A stretch of 64,000 bases of DNA from the human T2T-CHM13v2.0 reference genome, Homo sapiens: the NCBI RefSeq assembly GCF_009914755.1, contig NC_060925.1, one strand, 5' to 3'. The position numbers were made by a program, and so were the translations under genes. The notes beneath the pieces are model-generated. The model saw only the letters and a program-made list of their open reading frames with translations, did no database searches and had not been told where the DNA came from. This document shows positions 28,400 to 41,622 of the stretch, in pieces. The first letter of the stretch is position 1, and every line of letters begins with the position of its first letter.

Positions 28400-28800
28400 A
28401 GGATCAGTCGCTCAGCGGAGCAGAGGTCAGGGAAGAGGCGGCCTTTCCCATCCTTTTTGTTCTAGTCCAGCAGCCCGGCCTAATATCTTTGCTATCTTAG
28501 GTGATAGGCATTAGGGACTAGCTGCCAAGCAGAGAAGCCAAGTGGGAAATTCAGTAGGGCGGGCTTTTTGTTTATTTCTAATAGGAAGTTAGGAATTAGC
28601 CGAAAGCACTGGCTGTGTTTCCAGCTGACAGCCTTGTGTTCAGCCCTTAGATGCAAGCGCGTCTGCCGACTTCCATATCCTCTGCAACCGGCTTTATTGA
28701 CAACAGCTGCAGATGGCCAGGGTGAAAGCGTGGCTTTTTGCCTGCTTGTCTCTGAGCTAGAGTCCTTGCTCGGCTGACATCAAGTGACCAGTGCCTAAAT
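28400..28800. promoter_or_regulatory. Candidate enhancer/promoter-like element
   Basis: Repeat-free with locally retained CpGs, GC box GGGCGGG (~28557), FOX-like TGTTTAT (~28569), E-boxes CAGCTG (28622, 28704) and CAGATG (28710), TGACAG. Confidence 0.35.
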
Positions 28801-29059
28801 CTGTTAGGTGGCTTCAGGAAATATGCTCAATGGAGCCAGAAATGTAATTTAGAATGTGGCACTTGAAGGAAGTTGTAACTAACATCAGTTAATGGTAGGG
28901 GTTGGTGGTTAGGCCCCAACATCCCAATGACAGCAACGGCAGCAGGGCCCAGACTTTTATACTGGCTTGCAACTTGGGGAAAACATGCTGAATAATAACA
29001 GCCTATATTATTATTAATGCCTGATACCTCCACAAAGCCATTACAGTTCAATATCAAGA

Positions 29060-29750
<691 letters not shown>

Positions 29751-31799
29751 ACATGGTGTTTCAGTGTAGACAGGAGAATGGAGAGTTGTCTGGGTCTGGC
29801 ATCTCCAAACAGTGTTCCTCACTCCTAAAATATCCCTTTGAATTTATCCAGGGCACTGGAGAAGGGAAGGTGAGTGGTGCAGGGTATCAGAGTGAAGACG
29901 TCTCTTTTGAAGAGCTATTTGCTAACCAGAAGACTTAGGAATAGGAGAATTAAGGTGAGGGACATTATGCTTGCTGGATTATGCCTCCTGCTATAATCCA
30001 AAGAGCTCTCTGGAGTGAGAATTCAGCAAGCAGAGTTGCTCCATGTAACCACCAAAACTGTGTCTTTATAGTCTTAGGAAGAAAGTGGAAAACTACAGTT
30101 CAAAGTTTAAAGCAAGAGGCTTATTGACTCCTGAGTTGACTAGGTGCTAATAGTTTCTGATAATCTCCCAAATCTCAGTTAAGTGTTCCTCACACAGGCT
30201 GTGATTAAAACCTGCTACTCCCAGGGGACCCTGGAAACGTTCTCTCCGTTTGCCAGGTTCCATTTTCTCTAATTGGCTTGCACACCTGGGTCTGCTTAAA
30301 ATGGGATTTTCACCCATTAGAAGCAGTTTTCTATCTACACAGATTTCATCCTTGTCATCTGTTTTTGGTGAACTCTTTCCCATGCTGAATTAGTCTGGGA
30401 ATAAAATTGCTGGTACTAAAAGTCTCTTGTATTTAAAACCACTGACAAGACCTTCCTAGGTTTCTGCTGAAGTAGATTATTTTACAAATTGAAACAGGGG
30501 TCTTTTTTTGTAAACCTACTATTTCAAAAACAACAAACAACAAACCCACATATAATTATTTCAGAAATGCTACCACACAGAAAAGAAATCCTCTTGCCAA
30601 AATGTCATCATATAAAGAAGGGAACTGAAGAAAGGGCATGTGTTGAAATGCCGCCTCTTTCATACTGAGTAGAATTGGAAAGAAAATGAATATTCTGCTT
30701 AACTCCATAAGCCTTTTTTCAAATCATTCTTTATTTTAAAAAATGCAATCTATTTTATTAAATCATATGTATTGAATCATAAGCAGTCAAATTCTTTATA
30801 TAGGTTAATAAAAAATATTTGATCAGTTTTTGTTATCAGAAAAAAATGTTGATACAGTGCCAAAGTGAATACAGTTGAGAGATTACTGGTTTGGGTAACA
30901 GAAGACCTGTGTTTTTAATACAGGTGCTAGGTGTATTTAAAACAATTATGCTGTGTATTTTTTCTTAAAACATTTCATCTAATAGGGAATGAGAAATAGA
31001 CCATAAATTAATTAATCGCACTTTCTCAAAGTTTTATCATCATGCAAGAGAGAAAAATTGAGTCCAGAAAAAAGACAGATCTGGAGGTGACCCTTCCAGA
31101 TCAGTGGGCTAGTAATACAGGCAGAGCTTAAGAGTCCTGTAAGCAGCCCCAATTGCTCCATAAATCTCACATATTCCAGCTTAGTTTCCACTGCTCTGGA
31201 GCATACAGCCTCTGCATTGGGAGGTTCATAAAAAATAAATTCATTTAAACTTACCAAATATTCCCTGTACACTGTTAAAACATGGACCTCAAGGGAGAAA
31301 GCGCTGATATGGTTTTTCCTTGAGACACCTGTCTAATTTGGATCTAAGCACATGGTGTTTTCCCAGGTTAACTCTGTTTGAAAAATGTTGTAGGGACTTT
31401 GCTAAGAGCACTCAATCAGCCAGGAAGTACAGACAAGCTCATTCTTACCCAGCTACAACTAAGTACACTGACTACATTATTTGTCTATAATGTAAATAGG
31501 TATTTATTTAATGTGTCTCTTTGTATAAAGATCATAGATTGGTCTGTGTGCCTGTCATTTCTCAGTCCACATTACTGTTGTCTGTTTCTTAAAAAGAAAG
31601 GTTAAGGCTAAATGGTGCCAACAGTATGATATCACGATGTCACATAAAAGGATGCTAGGGAAGGGCATGGGGATGTGTAGTGGGAGGGGACAGAAAGTGC
31701 AGGGAAGACCCATGGATCTAACCTAGCCAGGCCTGATTAGCCTGAGGCCTGGGAGGCAGCAGGCTGTATGCAAGAATAGCCCCCACCACCCACACTGTA

Positions 31800-31960
31800 C
31801 ATTACAGTTACCCAGGGCATTCATATCTGCAATCTCCCCTCACCCTAGCAATGGCCCTGTTAGGTAAGCATTATTATCCTCACTTTACAGATTGGAAAGC
31901 CAAAGCTCAGAGCATGATGAGAGTCTTAGTCACATTAGAATTTAATGGCAAAATCATTTA
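31800..31960 (-). mobile_element. MIR fragment
   Basis: aggtaagcattattatcctcactttacagattggaaagccaaagctcagag. Confidence 0.7.
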
Positions 31961-32118
31961 TTCCCAATGGTGCTTGATTGCAGGGTTAGGCCCAGGTAAA
32001 GTATGAAGTTGGCAAGCTGTCCTGATCAGTCCCTTTCTTCCTCCTGAGGATACGTTTCAACAGGGGTAAATACCCATAAAATGAGCCTACTTTAGAGGTA
32101 GTCATATTGAGAAGACCA

Positions 32119-32169
32119 TGTTGCTAATGTAAAGTGCTTCTCCAATAGTAGCACTTTACATTAGCAACA
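32119..32169. repeat. Perfect inverted repeat, 20-bp arms with 11-nt loop
   Basis: TGTTGCTAATGTAAAGTGCT (32119-32138) is the exact reverse complement of AGCACTTTACATTAGCAACA (32150-32169). Confidence 0.97.
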
Positions 32170-33479
32170 AATGAGTACAAGAGAGAATCTGGGACCTTCC
32201 TTGGATCTCTCTCAGTCCACCAATCTGTATTGTATGATGAAGAGGCTGGCCCTTCTGCATACACAGGAGCTAGAGCCCTGCTCAAGGCAGAGGTAAGCTG
32301 GGTTTGAAAGCTAGAAGCATCCTGAGCTTCCCTCTGGGCTCTCTCAGGCACATCCCATGAAACGTTTGTCTTTCCCACTGTACTGTCGATCATAAAGGGG
32401 ACCAAGCCTGAGGCCAGCAGAAACCCCTGTCCCGCCTTCCTTGGCTCAGTTCTCTAGACCTCCCTCACTGACATGATTTATTGCTTTCATTAAACAGGAT
32501 TCTCAGTCAAACGCAATGGGTTTCATGTCTTCCCCACGAGGAAATCCCCTTAGGAAGAAAGCTGCCATGGTGTCTGAGAGAAGAAAGAAACTACAAATGA
32601 AAGAGATTTGCCCAAACTGCAGTTTCTCTTTCCCCTTCCAGGCCTTCTCTAATTTTACTTTGAGCTGGGCCAAAACCCAAAGGCATTTCTTTTTTACTTA
32701 ATTACCTCCAGGGAACCATAGCTAGAAATCAGGCAAGCACATGTCTACCCTACCCAGCAGGTACACTCTTGTTGGATGGCTGGGGTCAGAAGTTTTATGG
32801 GTGACAGCAACTCTCTTTCCCACAGACAAACAGACTCTTTCAAAGAGTCAGTGATGGAAAGTCTCCCAGGTGGAGCCCACCATGTGGGGCAGAAGCAGAT
32901 GCTCCAAGAACCTGCTGGTTTGGCCATGTGACTGGGAGTGGAGGGAAAGAAGTGATGCTGCCAGCTTGGCTGTGCAGATGGGAGTTGGCAGTTGGATTCA
33001 GCCTCTGCCCACCTCCAAGGAGTTAGGTGCTTTGAAGACCGATGAGTTCACCCTTCAGCAAATGAACAACAGCGTTTGTGAGAAGAGCAGAGGGGCCCAT
33101 GGCTCAGTTGTTTCCAGAATTGCTTTGTCACAGGCCCTTGTGATTATTCAGAAATTACCAAATGTTAGCTTCTTGAGCTGAAATGTTTTATGCAAATTAA
33201 AGGTGGGAGATCAAGATGCTTTTATCTTTCTCCTACCCCCCACCATTTTTCTTCTCCTCAATGAATCCCCTCTATCACCAGCACAATCAAATAAACATTC
33301 CATAGCCTCTTGTCTCTTGCTACTTGATGTGCAGAAGAAAGTGTCCTGGATTCTCATCTTGTCTCTTCCAGGTGTTCATAACCAGGTGTGGGGTGGGGAG
33401 GCAGGGGTAGCAGGCAGGCAACCCTATCTACTTGTTCATTAGTTCCCCATCTGAAAAGTAAGGCTTTTAAGAAATTTTA

Positions 33480-33625
<146 letters not shown>

Positions 33626-34419
33626 AATATTTTACTCTGGGCATGTTTCTGGGGGAGTGTGATAAGTGAAAGTGCTTAGAACTCTTCAGAAGATAGAAGC
33701 TTTTATTCACTTAAACATAGTATTTGTGTGAAACTAAAGGTGAGACAGAGGTCTTGGGATGATAGAAGGCTGCAACTTGCACGAAAAATTCAACAGAAGC
33801 CTAATGCTTTCCTTGTGCTCTACTGGGTAAAAGGCAGCTGGCTGTGGATCAGCTCAGGGATTTGCAAGCATGTGGGTAAGAAGATGTCAAGAGCATCTAA
33901 CTTGCCAAGTCTTCTGGGACAGGCACAGAAGGGAGTGGCAGCAGCAGCCACCAGCCCAGGTCCAAAGGAATATGGCTGGGTGCCAGTCCTGTCTAGGAGA
34001 TGGAAAGAGATGCACTGGGCTAAGATGCTACAAGGCTGTGCTCAATTCAAGCCTCCCACCCCAACCCTCACACCTCCCTCCAGCCTTTCAGGATGCCTCT
34101 TGAAGTAAACACTTGCAAACACTAGATGTAAAGTTGAGACTTTCTATGTTCTTAATCCTTAAAGAAACAGAGCTTCATGGGTAGTTTAGAGTCTTAAAAA
34201 GAACACTAATATCTTTTGTAGAACAGAGCAACTTTCTCAGAGCAGCAGAAAGGGAGAGGCCATTATTAAATTTGTTCTCCCCACAGCCTGTAGGCATCCT
34301 CGGTGAACACAAGGTTTGCCCAGCACGTACACCTGTAAATGTAGTCAAGGCGCCCCAGGCTCAAAAACCCAACTCCACACCCTACCATTCTGAGCCACTC
34401 CTTAGTTTCGACTTTCTCT

Positions 34420-35640
34420 TTGTTTTTCCCTTTGCAGTCAAATTGTCTTTAAAGGTGATCCACACTCTGTCTTCACTAACACAACTCCCACACTCCTGAG
34501 ACCCCTGGAGTCTGGCTTTTACCCCCACTTGCCCCTGAAAATGCTCTCCCACAGGTGACTGGCTACCTCCTAACTGTCAAATCCAATGGCTGCTCAGTCC
34601 TGCTCAAAGCCCTCTCTTCCCAAGGCTTCTGCAACACTCCTACTCTTCTCAATCTCTTTTTATCTTGTTTCTTCCTTCTCCGTTTCCTTCACCAACTCTT
34701 TCTCCTCTGTCCCTTAAATATTGGCTTTCCTCAGGGCTGTGGTCTTGGTCTTCTTTGTTTTCTTCATTCTTCATATTTTTAATGGACATTTATCACTCTT
34801 TATGGCTGAGCAGCCCCTCTAAACAGGTTTCTTCTTTGAAGTCTCCACCTTAAGAGTTTAGGTGGGAAGGAGAGGTAGTCTGGATACTGGTTCCTGCTTC
34901 CCTTGCAGCTAGGGTGCACACATGCAACCTTGGCTCTGGCAACCAGATGCACCTGAAAGCCACCTTTGAATGGGAAACCAGGCTCAAAAGGCATGCACTG
35001 GTAGGCTCTGTTCAGGTGAGGACTGATGCTGCTATGTCCAGGTTCTAGAAGTAGTGTCCAGTGTCCAATAGCACAAGCTGTAGTGTCTGTGCCCAGCATT
35101 GTTGCAGACAGTATAGGGGCTACCCTCTACTTTCCACAGGGATCCTTCTCTTATACTTCCAATCTTGAGTAACAGCATCACATCATCCTATTTGCAGTTG
35201 CTGGTGTCTGTCTTCACCCAATGAGATTAAACGAACCTTGAACATATCTCTTGATTTTGTCTCCTCCCCTGTGTCCCACCACCACTATGTTAGTTTAGGG
35301 TCTCATTAGTGCTCACCTGCCCTATCAAAACAGCCTCCTAGTGAGTTTCCCTGCCTCTCGTCTCTCCCATTCCATATAATTTGAGCTGCTACCAGAACTG
35401 TCTTTCCTGAATGTAAATTGGACCTTGTTACTTTGCTCTTTAGAATCTTTCAGCACCTCTCTATTGCTTTGAGGATAAAATCTAAACCCTTTAGCATGAC
35501 ACTCAGGTTCCATCTCCTGCCACTTCCCCCAGTGTGCTATGCTCCAGCCATACCCAACTGCTTGTGTTTCCTGTACATGCCACACTGATGAAAACCTCTA
35601 GGCTTTTGTTTACTATGATCCTGGAGAGTCCTGCCTGCTC
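34420..35640 (+). mobile_element. L2 fragments interrupted by LTR33-like element
   Basis: tctggctttt...tcaaatccaatgg; aacagcctccta...ggataaaatctaaaccctt...gctccagcca. Confidence 0.7.
34870..35110 (+). mobile_element. LTR33-like ERVL LTR fragment
   Basis: cttcccttgcagctagggtgc...accttggctctggcaaccagatgcacc...tccagtgtcc. Confidence 0.55.
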
Positions 35641-35825
35641 CAACATTACCTATCTGCCAGCAGTAATGACCCATCAAGTGCCTCTGGTCCCAACTGAGAA
35701 CCAACCCTGGTGGTTCATTGGAAGGCCCTCACCTTTAGTGAGTAGAAATGTCTGCTTCCCTGAGCCCTGGATCTAATGTCCCTAGAGTAAACAGAGTCCT
35801 AGGTGCCTCCTTTCTTCCTCATTTC

Positions 35826-35945
35826 CTAATTCATTCATTTATTTATTCAACACTTCTTTAGTGAATGCCCACTCAATATTAGGTACTGAGCTAGGTGCTG
35901 GGATTGAGCATAGAGAGATAGCCATTGCCCATCTTGGAGGGCAGA
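35826..35945 (-). mobile_element. L2 3' end
   Basis: attcattcatttatttattcaacac...aggtactgagctaggtgctggg. Confidence 0.75.
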
Positions 35946-36371
35946 GTCAGCTGAATGTCCACTGTTTGGGGCTAGCTTGCTTGCCTGGGCTTTTGCACTG
36001 TCTTCTGAATTCCATTTCAGTGGCCAGCTCCCCCATACCCCACTGACCAGCACCCATCTCCCTTTTTACTCTCCATTCACGAAGGGTTGCATCCTAATTG
36101 CGATATCCTTTCCTTCACCTAACTTGATCTCCAAGTCTGTCATTTACCCATCCCCAAGAACTGTTTCCACCTAGAAGCCCTTAGCACTGCACCTGACTCC
36201 ATCCCTTGGATCAGATACTTTGATTATTAATGCCATTCCAGACTGGACTTCGATCGGCCATATTCAATGATCTTGTGATTTTTAATTTCTGGCTCTTCAT
36301 TAAAGGGAAGTAGCCCCTTTGGTCACCATCCCTCTCAATATTATTTCTCACTGCACCAATCTTCTTTTGTC

Positions 36372-36467
36372 CTTACTGTCTGCACAATTAAAAGCACCTC
36401 AAATACTGACCTATATATTCTTATTGTCTGCACAATTAATAGTACTTCAAATACTGACCTACATATT
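36372..36467 (+). repeat. 48-bp tandem duplication (2 copies, 5 mismatches)
   Basis: cttactgtctgcacaattaaaagcacctcaaatactgacctatatatt / cttattgtctgcacaattaatagtacttcaaatactgacctacatatt. Confidence 0.92.
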
Positions 36468-37032
36468 TTTCCATAGTGTCGCATGGCCTGGAACTCTATT
36501 CTTGCTTGACATAATGTTGTATACAAACCTGGCTTGTTCATTGTGGACTGTGTGTATGTCTCAGCCCTCCAGCTAGATTGGGGTACATGGGAATAGGAAC
36601 TGTGTCCTATGCTTCTTTTAGCTCCCAGAATGCCCAACACAATGCTGAAGACAACGAAGGTGCTGAATCAACATTTGACTGGGTCCTCAAGTAGCCTCAC
36701 CACCATAATGTGCCAGTTTAGTTTTAAAAACTAAATTATCATTAAGTTTAGAATTACAAGATGATCTGCATTAACTACAGGGCATTATATAGGTCTCAAA
36801 GCAATGTTACTATATCCTTCAACAAAACAAATAATGGTATGTGTGTGGGCCCCCACACACACAAACAAATAATGGTGTGTGTGTGTGTGTGGTAATTGCA
36901 TATTAATCTCTCACTATGGCTTCCAGAGCCACTAATGAAGAACATACTTGGGTTTAAGTTTTGGTTAATGTTTCTTCATGGTTTTCCCTCTTATTACCCT
37001 TTCCTCACAGTATTTTTAAAAATATAAATCAT

Positions 37033-37441
<409 letters not shown>

Positions 37442-38029
37442 TCAATTTAAAATAGACTTAAAGTATAAATGTTTAATTTCCACTCACCAAATCAGGAACA
37501 CAAGTATTACGTAAAGCAAATTGCACCTGCACAAATTTAGTAATTTTATACTCTTAAAAATCTTCGTTCTTGATATTTGCTCAGTGAGTAATTTGCTTAA
37601 AGATGATCTTGACTTATTTTTTTTTTTTTTTTGCTTCTCCTGCTTTGGTTGAAATGTTTCAGCTTAAAGATATATGATAAATGGGGGTTTCCTTATCTTA
37701 ATATGAGGCACCAGAATTGGTCTCAGTTGAAGGAATTTGTACTACAATTGAGCAAAGATTATTCTTTCAACTCCTTTGATATTTGGCACCAGACCAAAGA
37801 ATCTAAAATTAGCTGCCTTCAAGAATCCAGGTGTGAGCTAAGTGGAAGCAATTCAGTTTGGCCCAGGAAATCACAGAAGTTGTTCAAAGAGCAAACAGAG
37901 TTCTGATCAGACTGCTTCCTTCACTAAAGCCAACTGCTCAGGACTGCCTCCTTCAGCAAGGAACGGAAAACCACTGCATTTCAGGCACCAGCGAGGGCAT
38001 CTTGTATAAACTCTTCATCTTGTAGCTCA

Positions 38030-38185
38030 GGGGAATGAAGTGGCAGCCTTTCCGAGGCTGTTTCCACATCTGCAAAATGGGATTTTGCTACCTGTCCTGC
38101 TCACCACTCAAAGGCACTGTGAGGATCAAGTGAATGTGCTTTTGAAACTGTAAACATTCTGTGAGCATAAGGCATTATTATTTTC
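38030..38185 (+). mobile_element. MIR fragment
   Basis: tttccacatctgcaaaatggga...tgtgaggatcaagtga...ctttgaaactgtaa. Confidence 0.7.
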
Positions 38186-38189
38186 TATA

Positions 38190-38740
38190 GTCACTATGAC
38201 GGTTTTAAAATTCTTTAACAGTCTTCCCATCCAGAGCTGCCTTCTCTTTGAATACAGACAGCTGACCTTAGAGACTCACTTACAACCAACAGAATGCCAC
38301 AACTTTCTGAGGCTAGGTCAGAAAAGGTGATTCTGCTTCTGCCTGCCTGGTTCTCTTGGGACACTTGCTCTGGGAGAAACCAGGCACTGTGTTAGAAGTC
38401 TAACTACCCTGAGACCACCACGCTGTGGGGAAGCCACACAGGGAGGCCACGTGTAGGCCCTCTGGCTAGCAGTCCTAACCAACAAGGCCCTCCCAGGTCA
38501 GGCTCAAGACATGTGAGTGAATGAGCTTTGAGGTGATTCCAGGTTCCAACAGTCAAGATACCCTGGATCTTTACCCTTCCCAGATGATGCCCCAGATATC
38601 GTGGAGCAGTGATGAGTCCTCTTTGCTGTGCCATTTCTGAATTTCTGACCCGCAGAATCCATAAGCTTGATAAAAAATAGTTGGGGTTTTTCTGCCACTA
38701 AATTTGTGCTGTGTGTGATGCAGCCATCGTAATCAGAACA
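38190..38740 (+). mobile_element. MaLR solo LTR (MLT1G/H-like)
   Basis: tctgaggctaggtcagaaaagg...ctaccctgagaccacca...agacatgtgagtgaa...tctgacccgcagaatcc...gccactaaattt...cagaaca. Confidence 0.8.
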
Positions 38741-38769
38741 GTCACACTGGGTAACAATGACCATGGTAA

Positions 38770-38985
38770 CCAAGAAACACCACCAAACGCCCGGCACACC
38801 GGCAAGCCCTGCACACTCACCTCCCTTCATCCTGACCAGAACTCAGGGAGGAAGTCATCATTTTCCCTTCACACAGTGAGGAAACTGAAGACCAAGGGGC
38901 TAACAACTTCAGTTCCATGGGGAGGAAGTGGCAGAGCTGGGGCTGATACCTCGGCTTGGCTTAACTGCAAAGCCCACCCCTAAGC
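38770..38985 (-). mobile_element. MIR fragment
   Basis: tgaggaaactgaag...aagtggcagagctggg. Confidence 0.65.
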
Positions 38986-40774
38986 TGCAGCTGACTCCTC
39001 CCATGCAGTGGGTGACAGGAAGACTGTCAACATAAACCTCTGGACTTCCACTCTGACGGCCTTTCCCTTATGCCCTCATCTATTTGGTTCCCCTGGTTCC
39101 TCTCTTTTCCCACTTGCTACCTACAATACCCTTTTTTCAAGAAAGGAATGAAGCCTCTGCATTTTCTGACCTGGGTAACTTTATACCTGGTACCAAGCTG
39201 GCCTGGTATCACCAGAGAGGTTTCCAGACTATGGCAGCAATCCTGCCATGCCTCGGGCTCAAACAGCCATGTAACTTCACCTCAGAAGCCCTGCTTTGCC
39301 TCATAAACCTTGGCCAAGCCCATCGGACCTAGTTTTCTTCTAAACTGCAGGGAGAAAATATCAAATAATTCACAGAGCAACTCATTTACACATTCCAGTC
39401 TCCAAACATGCTGTATCACCCCTTTCCTCTTGGCCCCCAGAGCCATTAGCACACTTGTGACAAATTATCTAGAAGATTCCCCACATGCTGGTGCTCTCAG
39501 CCAGCCCCACAGGCTGGCAGCCTCCAGACTGCTCCAACACAAGGGCGTGTGGCTGGGGCTGCTGCCCTGGCAAGGCCTCCCCAGCCTGGCGGGGAACAGC
39601 CATGCCAGCTTTGGCTCTGGTATCTGTGGATGCCCTGGGTTACAGATCCGCCCACATGACCCAGATAGACGCATGTGATTTTGAATGTCTTTAGGAACAC
39701 AGCTGAGAATGCATCTCTTTGCTGTGCACTTGAAGGTTTGCTTTGGCTTTTCACATTTATTCCCTGGGCAGTACCACCTACACACTCATTTCATCCAGCT
39801 CTCACCCACCCAAACCTCAGACACTTCTTGCTGGCAAGAGGCCACCCTCTTCAAAGGCAGGCATGAAAGAAGCTGGGCACTTACTCCTCCACTTAAAACT
39901 GTCACTACCACAGAGTGTGAAGGGAGCTGGTTTGTCCTACATTGAAATCTCCTGTAGAGGCCATTTCTGGTCTCCTGTCATGACTGTGATGCTCCTAAAA
40001 GGGCTATGACTACCCAACTAGCCCCTCTGCATTAGGAATGGCCCCAGAGCTCATGGGTAGGGAGCTGTGAGGTTTCTCCTTCCCAGGCTAGGGCCAATTC
40101 AAGTCAGCAATGAGCATCTACCTGGGCATTGGAAATACTAAGATGCATAAAACAAATTCCTGCCCCCACCCACGGCTGCAGACATTTGTCCTCAATCTTG
40201 ACTTTCAGTTGTGCCATCACATGTCAATCGGTTGTGAAGTAATTTGTTATCAATAATAGGAAGTACCAAAGGTTTGAAATAGGAGTGCATTCAAAATAAG
40301 AATGAGCAAAGAGTGGATTCATGGGTATGCATACGGTATCATTGCTCTCATTTGCATTTGGACGCACTTTCTTTGATGAAGGAAAAAGTGTTGGAGAGGG
40401 GTGATCTGAGCTCTGTGACATTTGTGAGTGTTGTCTGTGAGCCCAGTGAAGGCAGGACGTTGGCTTGATCCACACATGGCCACACTCCATAGCTCTAACA
40501 AAGAGAGTGCCTCCTTCACCATTTCTCATAGAGAAGGGACTAAGCTTGACTTCTGTCTTTCAAGAAAACAGAAAAAGCAGTCGAAACTGTTGCCTTTTGA
40601 CTCTGGCAAGATTTGTTTGTTGTTTGTTTAGGAAGAGAAGAGTGCACTGGTTATAGCTATGGCAGTATTTTTTATTACTGCAGGCTTCACCTCTCTATTT
40701 GATATCTCACAGATGGCCCGTGATGAATCATGTGACGCACAGTGCTAAGTTAATCTCTCTAATGATATTAATGC

Positions 40775-40985
40775 TATTTACTTGTATTGTGCTTTAAAAT
40801 TACAGTTTAAATGTGAACACTTTTGCATTCATTGACTCAGGTTCAACTTTAAGAACCTTTGAAGTAAGTCTTGTCTCTACCTACTGTGAAGAAATAACCT
40901 CAGAGAGGTCTTGCTCAAAGTCTATAGCAGGTGAATGATACAGCTGCGATTCAAATCCAGATCATGTGTTTCCAAGCGGTGTTTT
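40775..40985 (-). mobile_element. MIR fragment
   Basis: cctcagagaggtcttgctcaaagtc...gattcaaatccag. Confidence 0.6.
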
Positions 40986-41268
40986 TGTATTCCACTCAAG
41001 CTGTGTTGCACCCAACTTCATAACAGTGAAGAATAAAGATGCAGCTACACTTTCAACGTTGACATCTCAAGGAAATGTGGCCAGTTTCATATTGTTGGAT
41101 GGGATGTCTCGCTGGCTTAGAGAAGCCTATCTCTTGGTAGTGGAGACACATCAACCTCTCTCTCCTCGGTCTGTCTTCTTGACTTTGTCTAGTGAGGCAG
41201 CCATTCTGCAGAATTTCATCTGCTTTAGGTATGCAGACCCTGCACTGCATGCGCGCATATGCACGCGG

Positions 41269-41270
<2 letters not shown>

Positions 41271-41313
<43 letters not shown>
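41271..41313. repeat. (CA)n microsatellite, ~21 units
   Basis: Perfect AC repeat, preceded by tgcatgcgcgcatatgcacgcg. Confidence 0.97.
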
Positions 41314-41316
<3 letters not shown>

Positions 41317-41571
41317 GACTAGGACTATTCCAGACTTGGCAGGGGGACTTTAATGGGGAGCTCAACCCACTGACTGCCTGAGAGCCCAGAAGTGTCATTT
41401 CTGACTATCTAAAGACCAGAGCATCTACTTGCTGCCATGGTTGGCTGCTGGGCTGGTTTTGGGGTTCTTTTGCATTATGGGCTTATGGGTACTTTAATGT
41501 GACTTAAATCACAGGAAATCTTGCAGAGAAGAGCAGATAAGAAATGCTCCCACAACCTTGCTCCCTTCCCC

Positions 41572-41588
41572 CAACACACATGTACACG

Positions 41589-41620
<32 letters not shown>

Positions 41621-41622
41621 TG
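41572..41622. repeat. Imperfect (CA)n microsatellite
   Basis: acacacatgtacacgtacacatacacacacac... Confidence 0.9.
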
